Assembly: GCA_964481735.1 (NCBI GenBank)
Contig: CAYZWR010000005.1
Location: forward strand, 1-61,905
Length of the DNA stretch: 61,905 nucleotides
Origin: an uncultured Thermoanaerobaculia bacterium
GTDB lineage: Bacteria > Acidobacteriota > Thermoanaerobaculia > Multivoradales > JAGPDF01
Direction: 5' to 3'
Position 1 is the first letter of the stretch, and the number at the start of each line of letters is the position of its first letter. The position numbers were made by a program, and so were the translations under genes. Shown one piece after another: positions 15,856-25,137 of this stretch. Under the pieces are notes generated by a model, which worked only from the letters and a program-made list of their open reading frames with translations, searched no databases and was not told the DNA's origin.

Positions 15856-17597
15856 AGCCGGAGCGAGATCTCGATCGGCTTGCCGCCGCGCAGCACGGCG
15901 AGCTTCAGGGTGCCGGCGCGCACGGCCTGCTGCGCCTCGCGCTGCAGCGCGGCAGGCTCGCTGACCGGGCGGTCGGCGGCGCGCAGGATGAGGTCGTCCT
16001 GGCGCAGCCCGCTGGCCGCGGCGAGGCTCTCGGGCGAAACCGCTTCCACCAGCAGGCCGCGGATGCCGAGCGGGGCGTAATCGACCGCCCGGAGGCGCAG
16101 TCCGAGCTCCCGGCGCGGCGGTTCCGCGGCCGGGGTCACAGCGCCGGCCGCCGGCACCGCCGCGCGCAGGCGCAGGCGCGCCAGGGCGGTGGCGGACTCG
16201 GTGGCCGTGGGATCGAGCTCGACGGCGCGCCGGAATGCGGCCTCGGCTTCGCTGAAGCGCTTCTGCGCGAGGTAGACGGTGCCGAGATTGTGGGCCAGAT
16301 CGGCGCGCTGGGGAGCGAGCTCGGAGGCACGAGTGAAGCTCGCAGCGGCCCCCACCAGGTCCCCCTGCGCCTGCTGAGCGAGCGCGCGGTAGGCCCAGGC
16401 CGAGGGCTCGGCGGGCGTCAGCCGGGTCGCGGCGGTCGCCGCGTCGAAGGCCTGGCCGTAGTTCTTGCCGGTGAGAGCGCGCTCGGCCAGCAGGAGCGCC
16501 GACTGCGCGCCCACGCCGGCGCGATTCTCGGCGTCGAGGGCGAGCGCCTGGCGCAGACTCTGCTCCATGCCCTCGCCGTTCCCCAGGCTGCGCTGCGCCA
16601 GCGCCAGCTGATACCAGAGCGGGGCCGAATCGGAGCGCACCTTGACGGCCTCGGCCAGCACCGCCGCCGCCTCCACCCCGCTGCCAGCGTCGCTGTAGGC
16701 GCGCGCCAGCTGGCTGGCGACCTCCGTGTTCCGGCGGTCGAGCTCGTGGGCGCGCCGGAAGGCGTCGAGCGCATCGAGCTTGCGGCCGAGCCGCTGGCGG
16801 CAGAGGCCCAGATTGAACCAGACCCCGGCGTCCCGATCGTCGAGGGCGACCGCCTGCTCCAGCGCCGCGGCGGCGTCCTCGTACTGCTCGCGACCGAAGT
16901 AGAGCGCGCCGAGGTTGTTGAGTGCCTGGCTCTTGAGGTCGCGACTGACCTTGTCGGGCGCGATGCGCTCGAGCGCCAGCACCTTCTCGAAGCCGGCGAG
17001 CGCGGCATCGCCGGCGCCCGTCCGCAGCTCGACCAGGGCCAGGTTGTAGACCGCGAGCGGCTGGTTGGGTACCAGCTCGAGGCTCTCGTCGAGCCGGCTA
17101 CGGGCGCGTTGGAGGTCCCCGCGCGCCAGGGCATCGACCCCCTCCTGGAGACGTGCGCTGGCGAGCCGGACGCGCTGCGCCGCGGCGTCGCGTTGGGCGT
17201 TCTGGACCAGGGAGACGAACTCCGGGCTGTAGAGCTCGCCCTGCAGCTCGTAGCCGGGCTGTTCGAAGAGCGCCTCGACGAGCAGCTGGCTCGCCCCGTC
17301 GGAGTTGCCCTGCTGCAGGAGGAGCCAGGCGGCGGTGACGCGGAGACGGACCCGCTCGCGCACTTGAGGATGGCGGGTCGCGAGATCCCGATAGGCTGCG
17401 ATCGCCGCGCTCAGGTCGCCATCGGCGTAGGCCTGGGCAGCCGCGGCCTCGTCGCGCGCCCAGGCGTCCTCGACCGGCGGAGCCGCCTCGAGGAGGTCCT
17501 CGCTGACGATCCCGCCGGCCGGCGGCGGCGCGGGCGGCTGCTGCGCCGAAACGAGCGCGGCAACGGAGGCGGCGGCGAGGACGGGGAGAAGACGCAT
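15849..17597 (-). CDS. Periplasmic TPR-repeat protein with C-terminal PDZ domain
   Basis: Signal peptide MRLLPVLAAASVAALVSAQQ, more than 10 TPR-like repeats, and a C-terminal PDZ-like segment GIRGLLVEAVSPESLAAASGLRQDDLILRAADRPV. Its stop overlaps the GT4 stop by 7 nt (convergent genes). Confidence 0.8.
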   Translation of the reverse strand: MRLLPVLAAASVAALVSAQQPPAPPPAGGIVSEDLLEAAPPVEDAWARDEAAAAQAYADGDLSAAIAAYRDLATRHPQVRERVRLRVTAAWLLLQQGNSDGASQLLVEALFEQPGYELQGELYSPEFVSLVQNAQRDAAAQRVRLASARLQEGVDALARGDLQRARSRLDESLELVPNQPLAVYNLALVELRTGAGDAALAGFEKVLALERIAPDKVSRDLKSQALNNLGALYFGREQYEDAAAALEQAVALDDRDAGVWFNLGLCRQRLGRKLDALDAFRRAHELDRRNTEVASQLARAYSDAGSGVEAAAVLAEAVKVRSDSAPLWYQLALAQRSLGNGEGMEQSLRQALALDAENRAGVGAQSALLLAERALTGKNYGQAFDAATAATRLTPAEPSAWAYRALAQQAQGDLVGAAASFTRASELAPQRADLAHNLGTVYLAQKRFSEAEAAFRRAVELDPTATESATALARLRLRAAVPAAGAVTPAAEPPRRELGLRLRAVDYAPLGIRGLLVEAVSPESLAAASGLRQDDLILRAADRPVSEPAALQREAQQAVRAGTLKLAVLRGGKPIEISLRLQ

Positions 17598-17635
17598 GGC
17601 GGGCGGCCGCGGGTGGGCCGCAGTCTAGCAAAGCC

Positions 17636-19441
17636 TCAATTGGGCAGGAGCGCGCGGGCCGTACGCTTGGCTTCGCGCCGCCCGTCGAGATCGAAGGTGA
17701 AGATGCTCTCGAAGTTGCTCTCGACGTCGATCGTCTCCGCCACCAGCGCCGCCGCGGCCGGGTCGGGGCCGGCGGCGATCTCCACCCGGTGCGGGCCGGG
17801 AGCGAGCCACCGGCCGCGCACCGGCGTGGCGACCGGCGGGCCGCCGTCGATGCGCACGAAGCCCTGGCGCGTCTCGAGGTGCGGCTGGATGGTGAGCTTG
17901 CCCGGTCGCTGGATCGGCGAGATCACCGTGCGACTCTCTCCCGCGCCGAGGCGGATCGCGAGCTCCTCCTCGCGAGAGTATTGCGGCGACTCGAGCGCGA
18001 AGCGGAGCCGGTAGGACCCTGGCGCGAGCTCGAGTCGGCGCATCTGGTCGAGGGTCAAGGTACGCCCGGCGACGCGCACGGTCATGGTCGAGTCCCAGCC
18101 GGGCTCGAGGACGAGCTTGGCCGGTTTCGGTGGAGGTGGAGGTGGAGGCGGCGCTGGCTCGGCTGCAGCGGCTGGAGGCGGCGCGGACTCGGCTGCGGCG
18201 GCTGGAGGCGCCGCGAGGTGCGCCGCCGGCGGAGCCGTTGCCGGCGAGCTCGCCGCGCCGCTCGGTGGCGCCGTGGCCGGGATCGAGCTGGCGGCGGCCG
18301 GAGCCGGGGCGACGGGCGCCGGCGCGGCTTCGCGCGAAGCGGCTGCCGGATACGGAATCGGCGTGGTCTCCTGGCGGTACCGCCACCATCCCCAGGCCCC
18401 GGCCGAGATCAGCGCGGCGAGGGTCAGCGTCGCGGTCGCCCAGCGGCGTCCGCGGCGCGGAGCGAGGCCGGACGGTGGCTGCGACGCGGCCGCGGCGTGG
18501 AAGTGGCGATGCGCGCCGTCGAGCTCGATGTCGCCGACGCTCAACGGGCGCGACTCGGTCGCGCGGCCGGAGGTCGGCAGGGGAGCGGTTGGCGCGGAGG
18601 CGGCGCGCTGCGCGGCGAGCCCGCCGTCGCCGATCCGGCGGCGGTGGGCGAGCTCTTCGAGATCGTGCAAGAGATCGTTCGAGGCGAGGTAGCGCTGGGC
18701 GGGATCCTTCGCGAGGCAGCGCTCGACGATGCGGGCCAGCTCGGCCGGGCACTCCGGTGCCCGGCTGACCAGCGGTGCCGGCGGCTCGTTGAGGATCTGG
18801 AAGAAGACGGCGGAGATCTCGGCGCCGTGGAAGGGGCGCTCGAAGCTCAGCAGCTCATAGGCCAACACGCCAAAGGAGAAGATGTCGGTCCGCGCGTCGA
18901 CCGGCTCGCCGCGGATCTGCTCGGGCGCGAGGTAGGCGGCGGTGCCGAGGGTGACCCCGGCCTGGGTGACCGGCTGCTGCTGGCGCGCCAGCCGCGCGAT
19001 CCCGAAGTCCATGATCTTGGCGGTGTCGTCGTCGAGAATCCGGATGTTGCCCGGCTTGATGTCGCGGTGGATGACGCCGCGCGCATGGGCGTACTGCAGC
19101 CCGCGGGCGATCTGGACCAGGTAGAGCACTTTGGCCGGCAGCGGGATGAACTCGCGGCGCTTGATCTTGCGGTCGAGATCCTCGCCGCCGAGATACTCCT
19201 GGACCAGGTAGGGCGTCTCCCCTTCGAACCCGAAGTCGTAGACGGTGACGATGTTGCGATGGTGCAGATTGCCCGCGATCTCGGCCTCGCGCACGAACCT
19301 CTCGCGGGTCTCGGGGTCGGCCGCGGAGCAGGTCTTGATCGCTACGTTGCGCTTGATGAAGGGGTCGTGGGCCTTGTAGACGACCCCGAAACCGCCAACG
19401 CCGATCTTCTCCAGAATCTGATACTTGGCCAGGGTTGCCAT
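17636..19441 (-). CDS. Hanks-type Ser/Thr protein kinase with one TM helix, an Ala/Pro-rich linker and PEGA-like extracytoplasmic domains
   Basis: GVGGFGVVYKA, VAIK, HRDIKPGN, DFG and APE motifs; TM segment WATATLTLAALISAGAWGWW. The C-terminal region contains FVRIDGGPPVATPVRGRWLAPGPHRVEI (PEGA-like). Confidence 0.9.
   Translation of the reverse strand: MATLAKYQILEKIGVGGFGVVYKAHDPFIKRNVAIKTCSAADPETRERFVREAEIAGNLHHRNIVTVYDFGFEGETPYLVQEYLGGEDLDRKIKRREFIPLPAKVLYLVQIARGLQYAHARGVIHRDIKPGNIRILDDDTAKIMDFGIARLARQQQPVTQAGVTLGTAAYLAPEQIRGEPVDARTDIFSFGVLAYELLSFERPFHGAEISAVFFQILNEPPAPLVSRAPECPAELARIVERCLAKDPAQRYLASNDLLHDLEELAHRRRIGDGGLAAQRAASAPTAPLPTSGRATESRPLSVGDIELDGAHRHFHAAAASQPPSGLAPRRGRRWATATLTLAALISAGAWGWWRYRQETTPIPYPAAASREAAPAPVAPAPAAASSIPATAPPSGAASSPATAPPAAHLAAPPAAAAESAPPPAAAAEPAPPPPPPPPKPAKLVLEPGWDSTMTVRVAGRTLTLDQMRRLELAPGSYRLRFALESPQYSREEELAIRLGAGESRTVISPIQRPGKLTIQPHLETRQGFVRIDGGPPVATPVRGRWLAPGPHRVEIAAGPDPAAAALVAETIDVESNFESIFTFDLDGRREAKRTARALLPN
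18151..18210 (-). repeat. 2 x 30-nt in-frame tandem repeat, preceded by (GGTGGA)x3 at 18130-18147, in the kinase linker
   Basis: 18151-18180 and 18181-18210 differ at 3 positions. They encode the AAAAE(P/S)APPP repeats and a poly-Pro run on the minus strand. Confidence 0.8.
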
Positions 19442-19465
19442 GCGCCGGGCGGGGATCGTAGCACG

Positions 19466-21361
19466 CTACCGCGGCGAGCTGCCGAGCTCGAGCAGTCGCG
19501 TGACGTGGGCGAACACGGCCTCCCGCGCAGGGCGCGCGAGAGCGCGGAAGCCGCCCGGGCTCCGGGCGTCGGCGCGCAGCTCGAGCGGCTCGCCCGCGAG
19601 GGCGCGCGCTTCGAGCGCCGCCGCGAGCTCCACCGCTTCACCCCGCGAGGGATCGCTGAGCAGGAGCAGAGGCAGGCGCAGCGGCTGCTCGAGGGGCCTC
19701 AGACGCTGTCGCTCGTCGGCAAGTCGGGGATCCGCCGGGTCGCCGAGTCGTGTCGTCCACCAGGTACGCGCATCGACCGGCAGCGCGGCGAGCTCGTCGA
19801 CCACCCGCAGGGGATCCGGATCCGGGTCGAGGATGACCCCGCCGGTCCAGCGATCGGGCCGGTCTGCGAGCGCCGCTGCGACGAGCGACCCGGCGAGTGC
19901 ACCTTCGCCGGCCAGGGCGATCCGCGCGCTGCCTCCGGGACAGCGGGCGGCGAGGAGGCGCCGCGCCGCCTCCAGGTCCTCGAGCGGAGCCGTGGCCGGC
20001 CGCCCGTCGGCGGCGTGGCGCAGCACGGCGCCGAAGCCCTCGCCGCCGCGAGGCCGCAGACGGAGGACCGTGGCGCCGCGCTGCGCGAGCAGCGCGAAGA
20101 GAGGATGAAACTCCATCCAGGCGGCGGGCCGGGCGTCACTCTCGATCCAGACCAGAGCGGGGCAGCCATCGGCCGGGCGCGGCGGCACCCAGAGCTCAGC
20201 CGGCGGATCGGTCGGCCCTGCTCCGAGACGCAGCCGCTCGGGCGCGACGAGCGCCGCGGGATCGAGCGCCGGGCCGAGAGTCCAAGTGAGCGGAAGCAGC
20301 TCGGCGTCCGGCGCTCCACTCCAGGAGTAGGCATCGCGCGCCGATCGTGGACCGGCGGCGACGAGAAGGAGCGCGCCAGAGTCGCTCGGCACGCCGCCGA
20401 CCCACCAGGTGCCGGCAGGGGCTTTCGGCAGCGTCAGCTCGCGGCCGTTCGCCAGGTCGAGCCAGTGTCCCTCGACGAGGCCGTCGCAGCTGAGGGAGAG
20501 CAGCGCCTGACGGACCTGCCGGTCGGGCGCGAGAGCCACCACGTCGCACTCCGGGAGCGGCAGGCGGGACAAGCGACCGGTCGCGAGGTCGAGCCGCGAG
20601 AGCCCGCGGCCAGCCCCGGTCGCGTCGAACGCGAGGAGCAGCGACCGGCCGTCGTCGGCGAAACTCAAGGGCCGATACCGGCCTTCCTGCTCCCTCGGCA
20701 GCATCAGCCGAGTCTCGCCGCCGGCACGCTCCCAGAGGTAGACCTCGTCCGACTCCGGGTGGACGGTGCGCAGCAACGCCATGCGCGCTCCGTCGTGGGT
20801 GGCGGCGGCGATGCGGAACGGCGTCGGATTGGTGGCCAGCAAGCGGGGCAGGCCGTGCGGAGCGGTCACCTGATAGACGTCGTCCCGTCCCGCACCAGCG
20901 AGATCTCCGGCTGCCAGGAAGATGCCGCTATCGCCGGTCCAGGCGAGGAATCGCAACGTCGGTGGGACGGCGAGGCTGGACGTCGCGCCCGTCGCCGGGC
21001 GCCAGAGGAAGGGCCGCGCGCCGCCCGCCGCGAGGATCAGCGCGGCGTGACGGGCAGGCTCGAAACCGAGCGGCGTACCGCGCAGCTCGAGGCGCTCACG
21101 GCGCAACGGGTCTCGGCGCACCAGGTCGAGCGAACCGTCCTCCCGCTCGAGGAGGGCGAGACTTCCGTCGGAGCTCAGGGCGGCGCTCGCCACGCCGTAC
21201 GTCGCCAGGAAGTCGCCGGCCGGAGTGGCTGCGGTGGTGGCTCGCGCGGAGCTCGGCGGGGGCTCGGCGGGCCGGTCGCGGCAGCCGGTCAGGGCGATCG
21301 CGAGCGCGAAGCCGACCACGCGGAGAGCCGGGCAGGTCGGCCGCCGGTATACTGCCGGCAT
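19466..21361 (-). CDS. Lipoprotein with TolB-like beta-propeller region and a degenerate S9/alpha-beta-hydrolase-like C-terminal domain
   Basis: Start at MPAVYRRPTCPALRVVGFALAIALTGC, which carries a lipobox (LTGC). The C-terminal region resembles prolyl-oligopeptidase-family hydrolases, but the nucleophile elbow reads GEGALAG (no Ser) and I see no catalytic His. The upstream 307 codons of ORF 19466-22282 overlap two better-supported genes. Confidence 0.65.
   Translation of the reverse strand: MPAVYRRPTCPALRVVGFALAIALTGCRDRPAEPPPSSARATTAATPAGDFLATYGVASAALSSDGSLALLEREDGSLDLVRRDPLRRERLELRGTPLGFEPARHAALILAAGGARPFLWRPATGATSSLAVPPTLRFLAWTGDSGIFLAAGDLAGAGRDDVYQVTAPHGLPRLLATNPTPFRIAAATHDGARMALLRTVHPESDEVYLWERAGGETRLMLPREQEGRYRPLSFADDGRSLLLAFDATGAGRGLSRLDLATGRLSRLPLPECDVVALAPDRQVRQALLSLSCDGLVEGHWLDLANGRELTLPKAPAGTWWVGGVPSDSGALLLVAAGPRSARDAYSWSGAPDAELLPLTWTLGPALDPAALVAPERLRLGAGPTDPPAELWVPPRPADGCPALVWIESDARPAAWMEFHPLFALLAQRGATVLRLRPRGGEGFGAVLRHAADGRPATAPLEDLEAARRLLAARCPGGSARIALAGEGALAGSLVAAALADRPDRWTGGVILDPDPDPLRVVDELAALPVDARTWWTTRLGDPADPRLADERQRLRPLEQPLRLPLLLLSDPSRGEAVELAAALEARALAGEPLELRADARSPGGFRALARPAREAVFAHVTRLLELGSSPR
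21348..21353 (+). promoter_or_regulatory. -10-like box TATACT, 6 nt upstream of the ATG at 21360
   Basis: TAnnnT hexamer with no Shine-Dalgarno sequence between it and the ATG, and no convincing -35. Confidence 0.3.
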
Positions 21362-21794
21362 GTCCGACCGAAAGTACAAACAACGCGGATACATGGACGG
21401 AGACGGGGAGCGCAAGGCGTCCGGATCGCCGCCGCCGCGGCCGCCGCGCGATCCGCGCGAGGCGCCCCGCGGGCGGGGGCTGGGCGCGCCCACCGAGTCG
21501 GCGTTCCGCTGCGCGCGCTGTGGCGCTTCGGCGACGGTGGCCGAGGCGATGTCCCCCGCCGCGCGCTGCGCCGGCTGCGGCTCGGACTTGCACACCTGCA
21601 CGAACTGCACGAGCTTCGATCCCGCCTCGCCGCGCGAGTGCCGCCAGCCGGTCCCCGAACGGATCGCCAAGAAGGACCGGGGGAACTCCTGCGAGCTGTT
21701 CACCCCGCGCGTCCGGCAGGAGCACGCGCCGGAGAAGCCCGCGCGCGCTCCCGACGATCCGCGAGCCGCGTTCGACGCGCTGTTCAAGTTCTGA
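21360..21794 (+). CDS. Conserved hypothetical zinc-ribbon protein (144 aa)
   Basis: Begins MSDRKYKQRGYMD, followed by a basic/Pro-rich linker and then CARC...CAGC...HTCTNC...C Cys clusters. The internal ATG of ORF 21225-21794 was chosen because of the upstream -10-like box and because the sequence is protein-like from this Met onward. Confidence 0.6.
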   Translation: MSDRKYKQRGYMDGDGERKASGSPPPRPPRDPREAPRGRGLGAPTESAFRCARCGASATVAEAMSPAARCAGCGSDLHTCTNCTSFDPASPRECRQPVPERIAKKDRGNSCELFTPRVRQEHAPEKPARAPDDPRAAFDALFKF

Positions 21795-21807
21795 ACGGAG
21801 GGCGCCG

Positions 21808-22494
21808 TCAAGCGCCTGAGATCGCCTCGAGGGCGCGGCGCCGGAACTCGTCGAGTTGCGCGCGATCCTGATCGGAGAGCGCCAGCAGCTCGAGCTCCAG
21901 CTCGGTCGGGCTGTCGTCGTCGGGGCGCAGGCGGCGAAAGGCGACGACCCGGCCGCGCGCCGAGATCGGCGGATCGGCAAAGTGCAGATCGACCGCCGCC
22001 CCGGGCTGCGGCTCGATGGCGAGCGCAGCCTCGATCACCAGGCTGGTCTCCGCCAGTCCCACGACGCGGAAGTCGGCCGCCGAGCTGACGCCGACCTCCT
22101 CGGCGCCGCGCACCTGAAAGCGTCCGAAGAGGCGAGTTTCGAGCGTCACGATGGCGCGCGAGGAGAGGAAGGTCGCCAGCCGCTGGGCTTCGGGCTGGAG
22201 TACGTTCTCGAACTCGATGCCCGCCCGGTAGAGCGGCTGCTGGTCCCCCGTGGCGTTGGCGCGCGTCCCCTGGAGGAAGCACCAGACGACCCGCCCGGTG
22301 ATCGCCAGCCCTTCGAGCTGGTGGTTGAGACGAAGCGCGATGCGGCTGCGCGGATTGAGTCGGGTGTGGGTCTCGAGAGACATCCCCGAAACGGAGATGT
22401 CGAGGACCCGGCCGTCGAGCGATAGTTCGAGCGCCCCGTGCTTGGCCGGGAGGCGGTGGCGGCGGCTCTTGCGGCGTTCTACGGCGGGCTTCAT
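21808..22494 (-). CDS. PilZ domain protein (putative c-di-GMP receptor) with a second PilZ-like C-terminal half
   Basis: N-terminal RRKSRRHR (RxxxR) and LDISVSGMS (DxSxxG) motifs. Confidence 0.75.
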   Translation of the reverse strand: MKPAVERRKSRRHRLPAKHGALELSLDGRVLDISVSGMSLETHTRLNPRSRIALRLNHQLEGLAITGRVVWCFLQGTRANATGDQQPLYRAGIEFENVLQPEAQRLATFLSSRAIVTLETRLFGRFQVRGAEEVGVSSAADFRVVGLAETSLVIEAALAIEPQPGAAVDLHFADPPISARGRVVAFRRLRPDDDSPTELELELLALSDQDRAQLDEFRRRALEAISGA

Positions 22495-22506
22495 GGCGTC
22501 GGCCTT

Positions 22507-23532
22507 CTAGCCACCAATATACGACATCTCGATGCGACCGGGTGGCGGGGTGGCGGCGGTGCGCAGCTCCGAGTAGCGATCGGAGCGCGCCCGCCAGAGC
22601 TCGCCGATCCGCCGGGCGAGTTCGGCGTCCGTGGCGCCGGCGCGCAGCGCCGACTTGAGGTCGAACCCCTCCGCGGCGAACAGGCAGGTGTAGAGGTGGC
22701 CGTCCGCGGAGAGACGGGCTCGCGTGCAGTCGCCGCAGAAGGGCTGGGTGACGGAGGCGATCAGGCCGATCTCGGCGCCGCCGTCGAGCCGCCGGTAGCG
22801 GCGCGCGACCTCTCCGCGGTAGGCGGGCGCCAGGGGTTCGACGGGAAACTCGGTGGCGAGACGCGCCAGGATCTCGCGGGCGGGAACCACCTCCTCGAGT
22901 CGCCAGCCGTTGGTCGAACCGACGTCCATGAACTCGATGAACCGCACGATATGACCACGATCTCCGAAACGCCGGACCAGCGCCCCGAGATCCCCGTCGT
23001 TGACCCCGCGGCGCACCACCGCGTTGATCTTGAGCGGAGCGAATCCTGCCTCCTCGGCGGCCGTGATGCCATCGAGGACGCGCGCCAGGGGCACCTCGCT
23101 ATCGGCGATTCGCCGGAAGACCGCTTCGTCCAGCGTGTCGAGGCTCACCGTGAGCCGGGCGAGCCCGGCCGCGCGCAACGCGCCTGCCAGCTCGGCGAGC
23201 AGCGCGCCGTTGGTGGTCAGGGTGAGCTCGGCGCCGAGCCCGGCGAGGCGGCGGACGAGCTCCGGCAGGTCGCGGCGCAGCAGCGGCTCGCCGCCGGTGA
23301 GGCGGATCTTGCGCACGCCGAGCGCGACGAACAGGCCGGCAAGGCGCGCGATCTCCTCGAAGCTGAGGATCTCCGAGCGGCGCAGGAACGGATGGTCGAT
23401 GCCGAACACCTCGCGCGGCATGCAGTAGGTGCAGCGGAAATTGCAGCGGTCGGTGACCGAGATCCGGAGGTCGGCGAGCGGCCGCTCCTGGCGGTCGACC
23501 GGAGGCTCGGAGAGGATCGGGAGGCTCGGCAC
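22507..23532 (-). CDS. moaA: GTP 3',8-cyclase MoaA (radical SAM, molybdenum cofactor biosynthesis)
   Basis: LRISVTDRCNFRCTYCMP (CxxxCxxC), GGEPLLR, and the C-terminal cluster FCGDCTRARLSADG. Confidence 0.9.
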   Translation of the reverse strand: MPSLPILSEPPVDRQERPLADLRISVTDRCNFRCTYCMPREVFGIDHPFLRRSEILSFEEIARLAGLFVALGVRKIRLTGGEPLLRRDLPELVRRLAGLGAELTLTTNGALLAELAGALRAAGLARLTVSLDTLDEAVFRRIADSEVPLARVLDGITAAEEAGFAPLKINAVVRRGVNDGDLGALVRRFGDRGHIVRFIEFMDVGSTNGWRLEEVVPAREILARLATEFPVEPLAPAYRGEVARRYRRLDGGAEIGLIASVTQPFCGDCTRARLSADGHLYTCLFAAEGFDLKSALRAGATDAELARRIGELWRARSDRYSELRTAATPPPGRIEMSYIGG

Positions 23533-23595
23533 GGCGCGATCTTACGCTGGCCCGTGGACGGTCGCCGTGGCGGACGGGCGCCGTCTCCGGCCGGG

Positions 23596-25137
23596 TCACC
23601 CACCCCGCGGCGCGCGCCTCCCGGCGGCCGCCGCCAACTCGCGGATCCGCGCCGGAAGGTCCGCGGGGACCTGGTCCGGGCGCAGGCGCCAGGTCCAATT
23701 GCCGGACTCCTGCCCGGGAGTGTTCATCCGCGCCGCGCTGCCGAGATCGAGGAAGTCCTGCAGGGGAACGACGGCGAGGGCCGCGACGGAGGTGAATGCG
23801 GCGCGCACCAGGGACCAGCTGACCGATTCGGGAGCGCCTCCCAGGTAGGCGAGAGCGCGCCGGCGCTCGGGCTCCTGCGCGAGCTCGAACCAGCCCCGCG
23901 TGGTGTCGTTGTCGTGGGTGCCGGTGTAGACCGCGGCCAGGGGCTCGTGATGATGCGGCAGATGGGTGCTGTCCTCCTCGCCGAACGCGAACTGGAGGAC
24001 CTTCATGCCAGGCAGCCCGAGCTTGCGCCGCACGGCGTGGACCTTGGCGTCGATGTCGCCGAGGTCCTCGGCGAGGAGCGGCAGGTCGCCGCCGAGGGCG
24101 CGGCGGAGCTCCCGGAAGAGGGCCTCGCCGGGGCCGCGGACCCAGCGGCCGCGAGTCGCGGTGGCGCTGGCCGCGGGAACGCGCCAGTAAGCCACGAAAC
24201 CCCGGAAGTGATCGAGCCGGAGCAGGTCGAACCGCTGCAGCTGAATGCGGAGCCGGGCGACCCACCAGGCGAAACGCTGTGCCTTCAGCCGGTCCCAGCG
24301 GTAGAGCGGGTTGCCCCAGCGCTGGCCCTGATCGCTGAAGTAGTCGGGCGGCACGCCCGCGACGGCGCGCAGCTTGCCGTCGGCGGTGGTGTCGAACAGC
24401 TCACGATGCGCCCAGACATCGGCGCTGTCGGCCGCGACGTAGATCGGGACGTCGCCGAGCAGGGCCACTCCGCGCGCCCGGGCCGCGGCGCGCAAGGCGT
24501 CCCACTGCCGGAAGAACAAGAACTGCACGAAACGGTGGAACGCGATGTCGTCGGCCAGCTCGCGCCGGGCCTCGGCGAGCGCGGCGGCGCGGCGGTCGCG
24601 GAGGGGCGCCGCCCAAGCAGTCCAGGCGGCGCCGCCGTGCCGAGCCTTGAGCGCCGCGAAGAGCGCCCAGTCGTCGAGCCAGGGGGTCTGTCCGGCGGCG
24701 CTCGCGAAGCGCTCCAGCTCGTCCTGGAGCGTCCCGCGCGGGCCCTCCCGCAGGATCGCGAAGGCGCGCCGCAGCAACCTGTCCTTGCTCTGCTCGGCGG
24801 CGGCGTAGTCGACCCGCCCGGGGTCGGTCGATTCGGCCGCTGCGAGGTCCTCGGGCTCGCTCAGCCCATCGGCGAGCAGCGCTTCGGGAGAGATCAGGAG
24901 CGGGTTGCCGGCGAAGGCCGAGAAGGCGTTGTAGGGCGAGTGGCCCAATCCGGTCGGTCCGAGCGGCAGCATCTGCCAGACGGCGAGCCGGCAATCCACC
25001 AGCCAGTCCAGCGTCGCGAACGCCGCCGGGCCGAGGTCGCCGATCGAGAAGCGTCCGGGGAGGCTGGTCGGATGGAGGAGGAGGCCGGCCCGACGGTCGC
25101 GACCCGGGGCGCTGCCGGACGAGCGTTGCGCGCTCAC
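23596..25137 (-). CDS. malQ: 4-alpha-glucanotransferase (amylomaltase, GH77)
   Basis: GLLLHPTSLPGRFSIGDLG N-terminus, LLGDVPIYV, GVPPDYFS..GQRWGNPLY, RLDHFRGF, EDLG and YTGTHDNDT motifs. GTG start overlaps the speA stop (GTGA). Confidence 0.9.
   Translation of the reverse strand: MSAQRSSGSAPGRDRRAGLLLHPTSLPGRFSIGDLGPAAFATLDWLVDCRLAVWQMLPLGPTGLGHSPYNAFSAFAGNPLLISPEALLADGLSEPEDLAAAESTDPGRVDYAAAEQSKDRLLRRAFAILREGPRGTLQDELERFASAAGQTPWLDDWALFAALKARHGGAAWTAWAAPLRDRRAAALAEARRELADDIAFHRFVQFLFFRQWDALRAAARARGVALLGDVPIYVAADSADVWAHRELFDTTADGKLRAVAGVPPDYFSDQGQRWGNPLYRWDRLKAQRFAWWVARLRIQLQRFDLLRLDHFRGFVAYWRVPAASATATRGRWVRGPGEALFRELRRALGGDLPLLAEDLGDIDAKVHAVRRKLGLPGMKVLQFAFGEEDSTHLPHHHEPLAAVYTGTHDNDTTRGWFELAQEPERRRALAYLGGAPESVSWSLVRAAFTSVAALAVVPLQDFLDLGSAARMNTPGQESGNWTWRLRPDQVPADLPARIRELAAAAGRRAPRGG

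Noticed and set aside
18130-18210. Tandem repeats (GGTGGA x3 and 2 x 30 nt) as a possible CRISPR or minisatellite locus
   Set aside because: They are in frame within the kinase gene and encode its Pro/Ala-rich extracytoplasmic linker. There are no spacer-like unique segments and only two long units.
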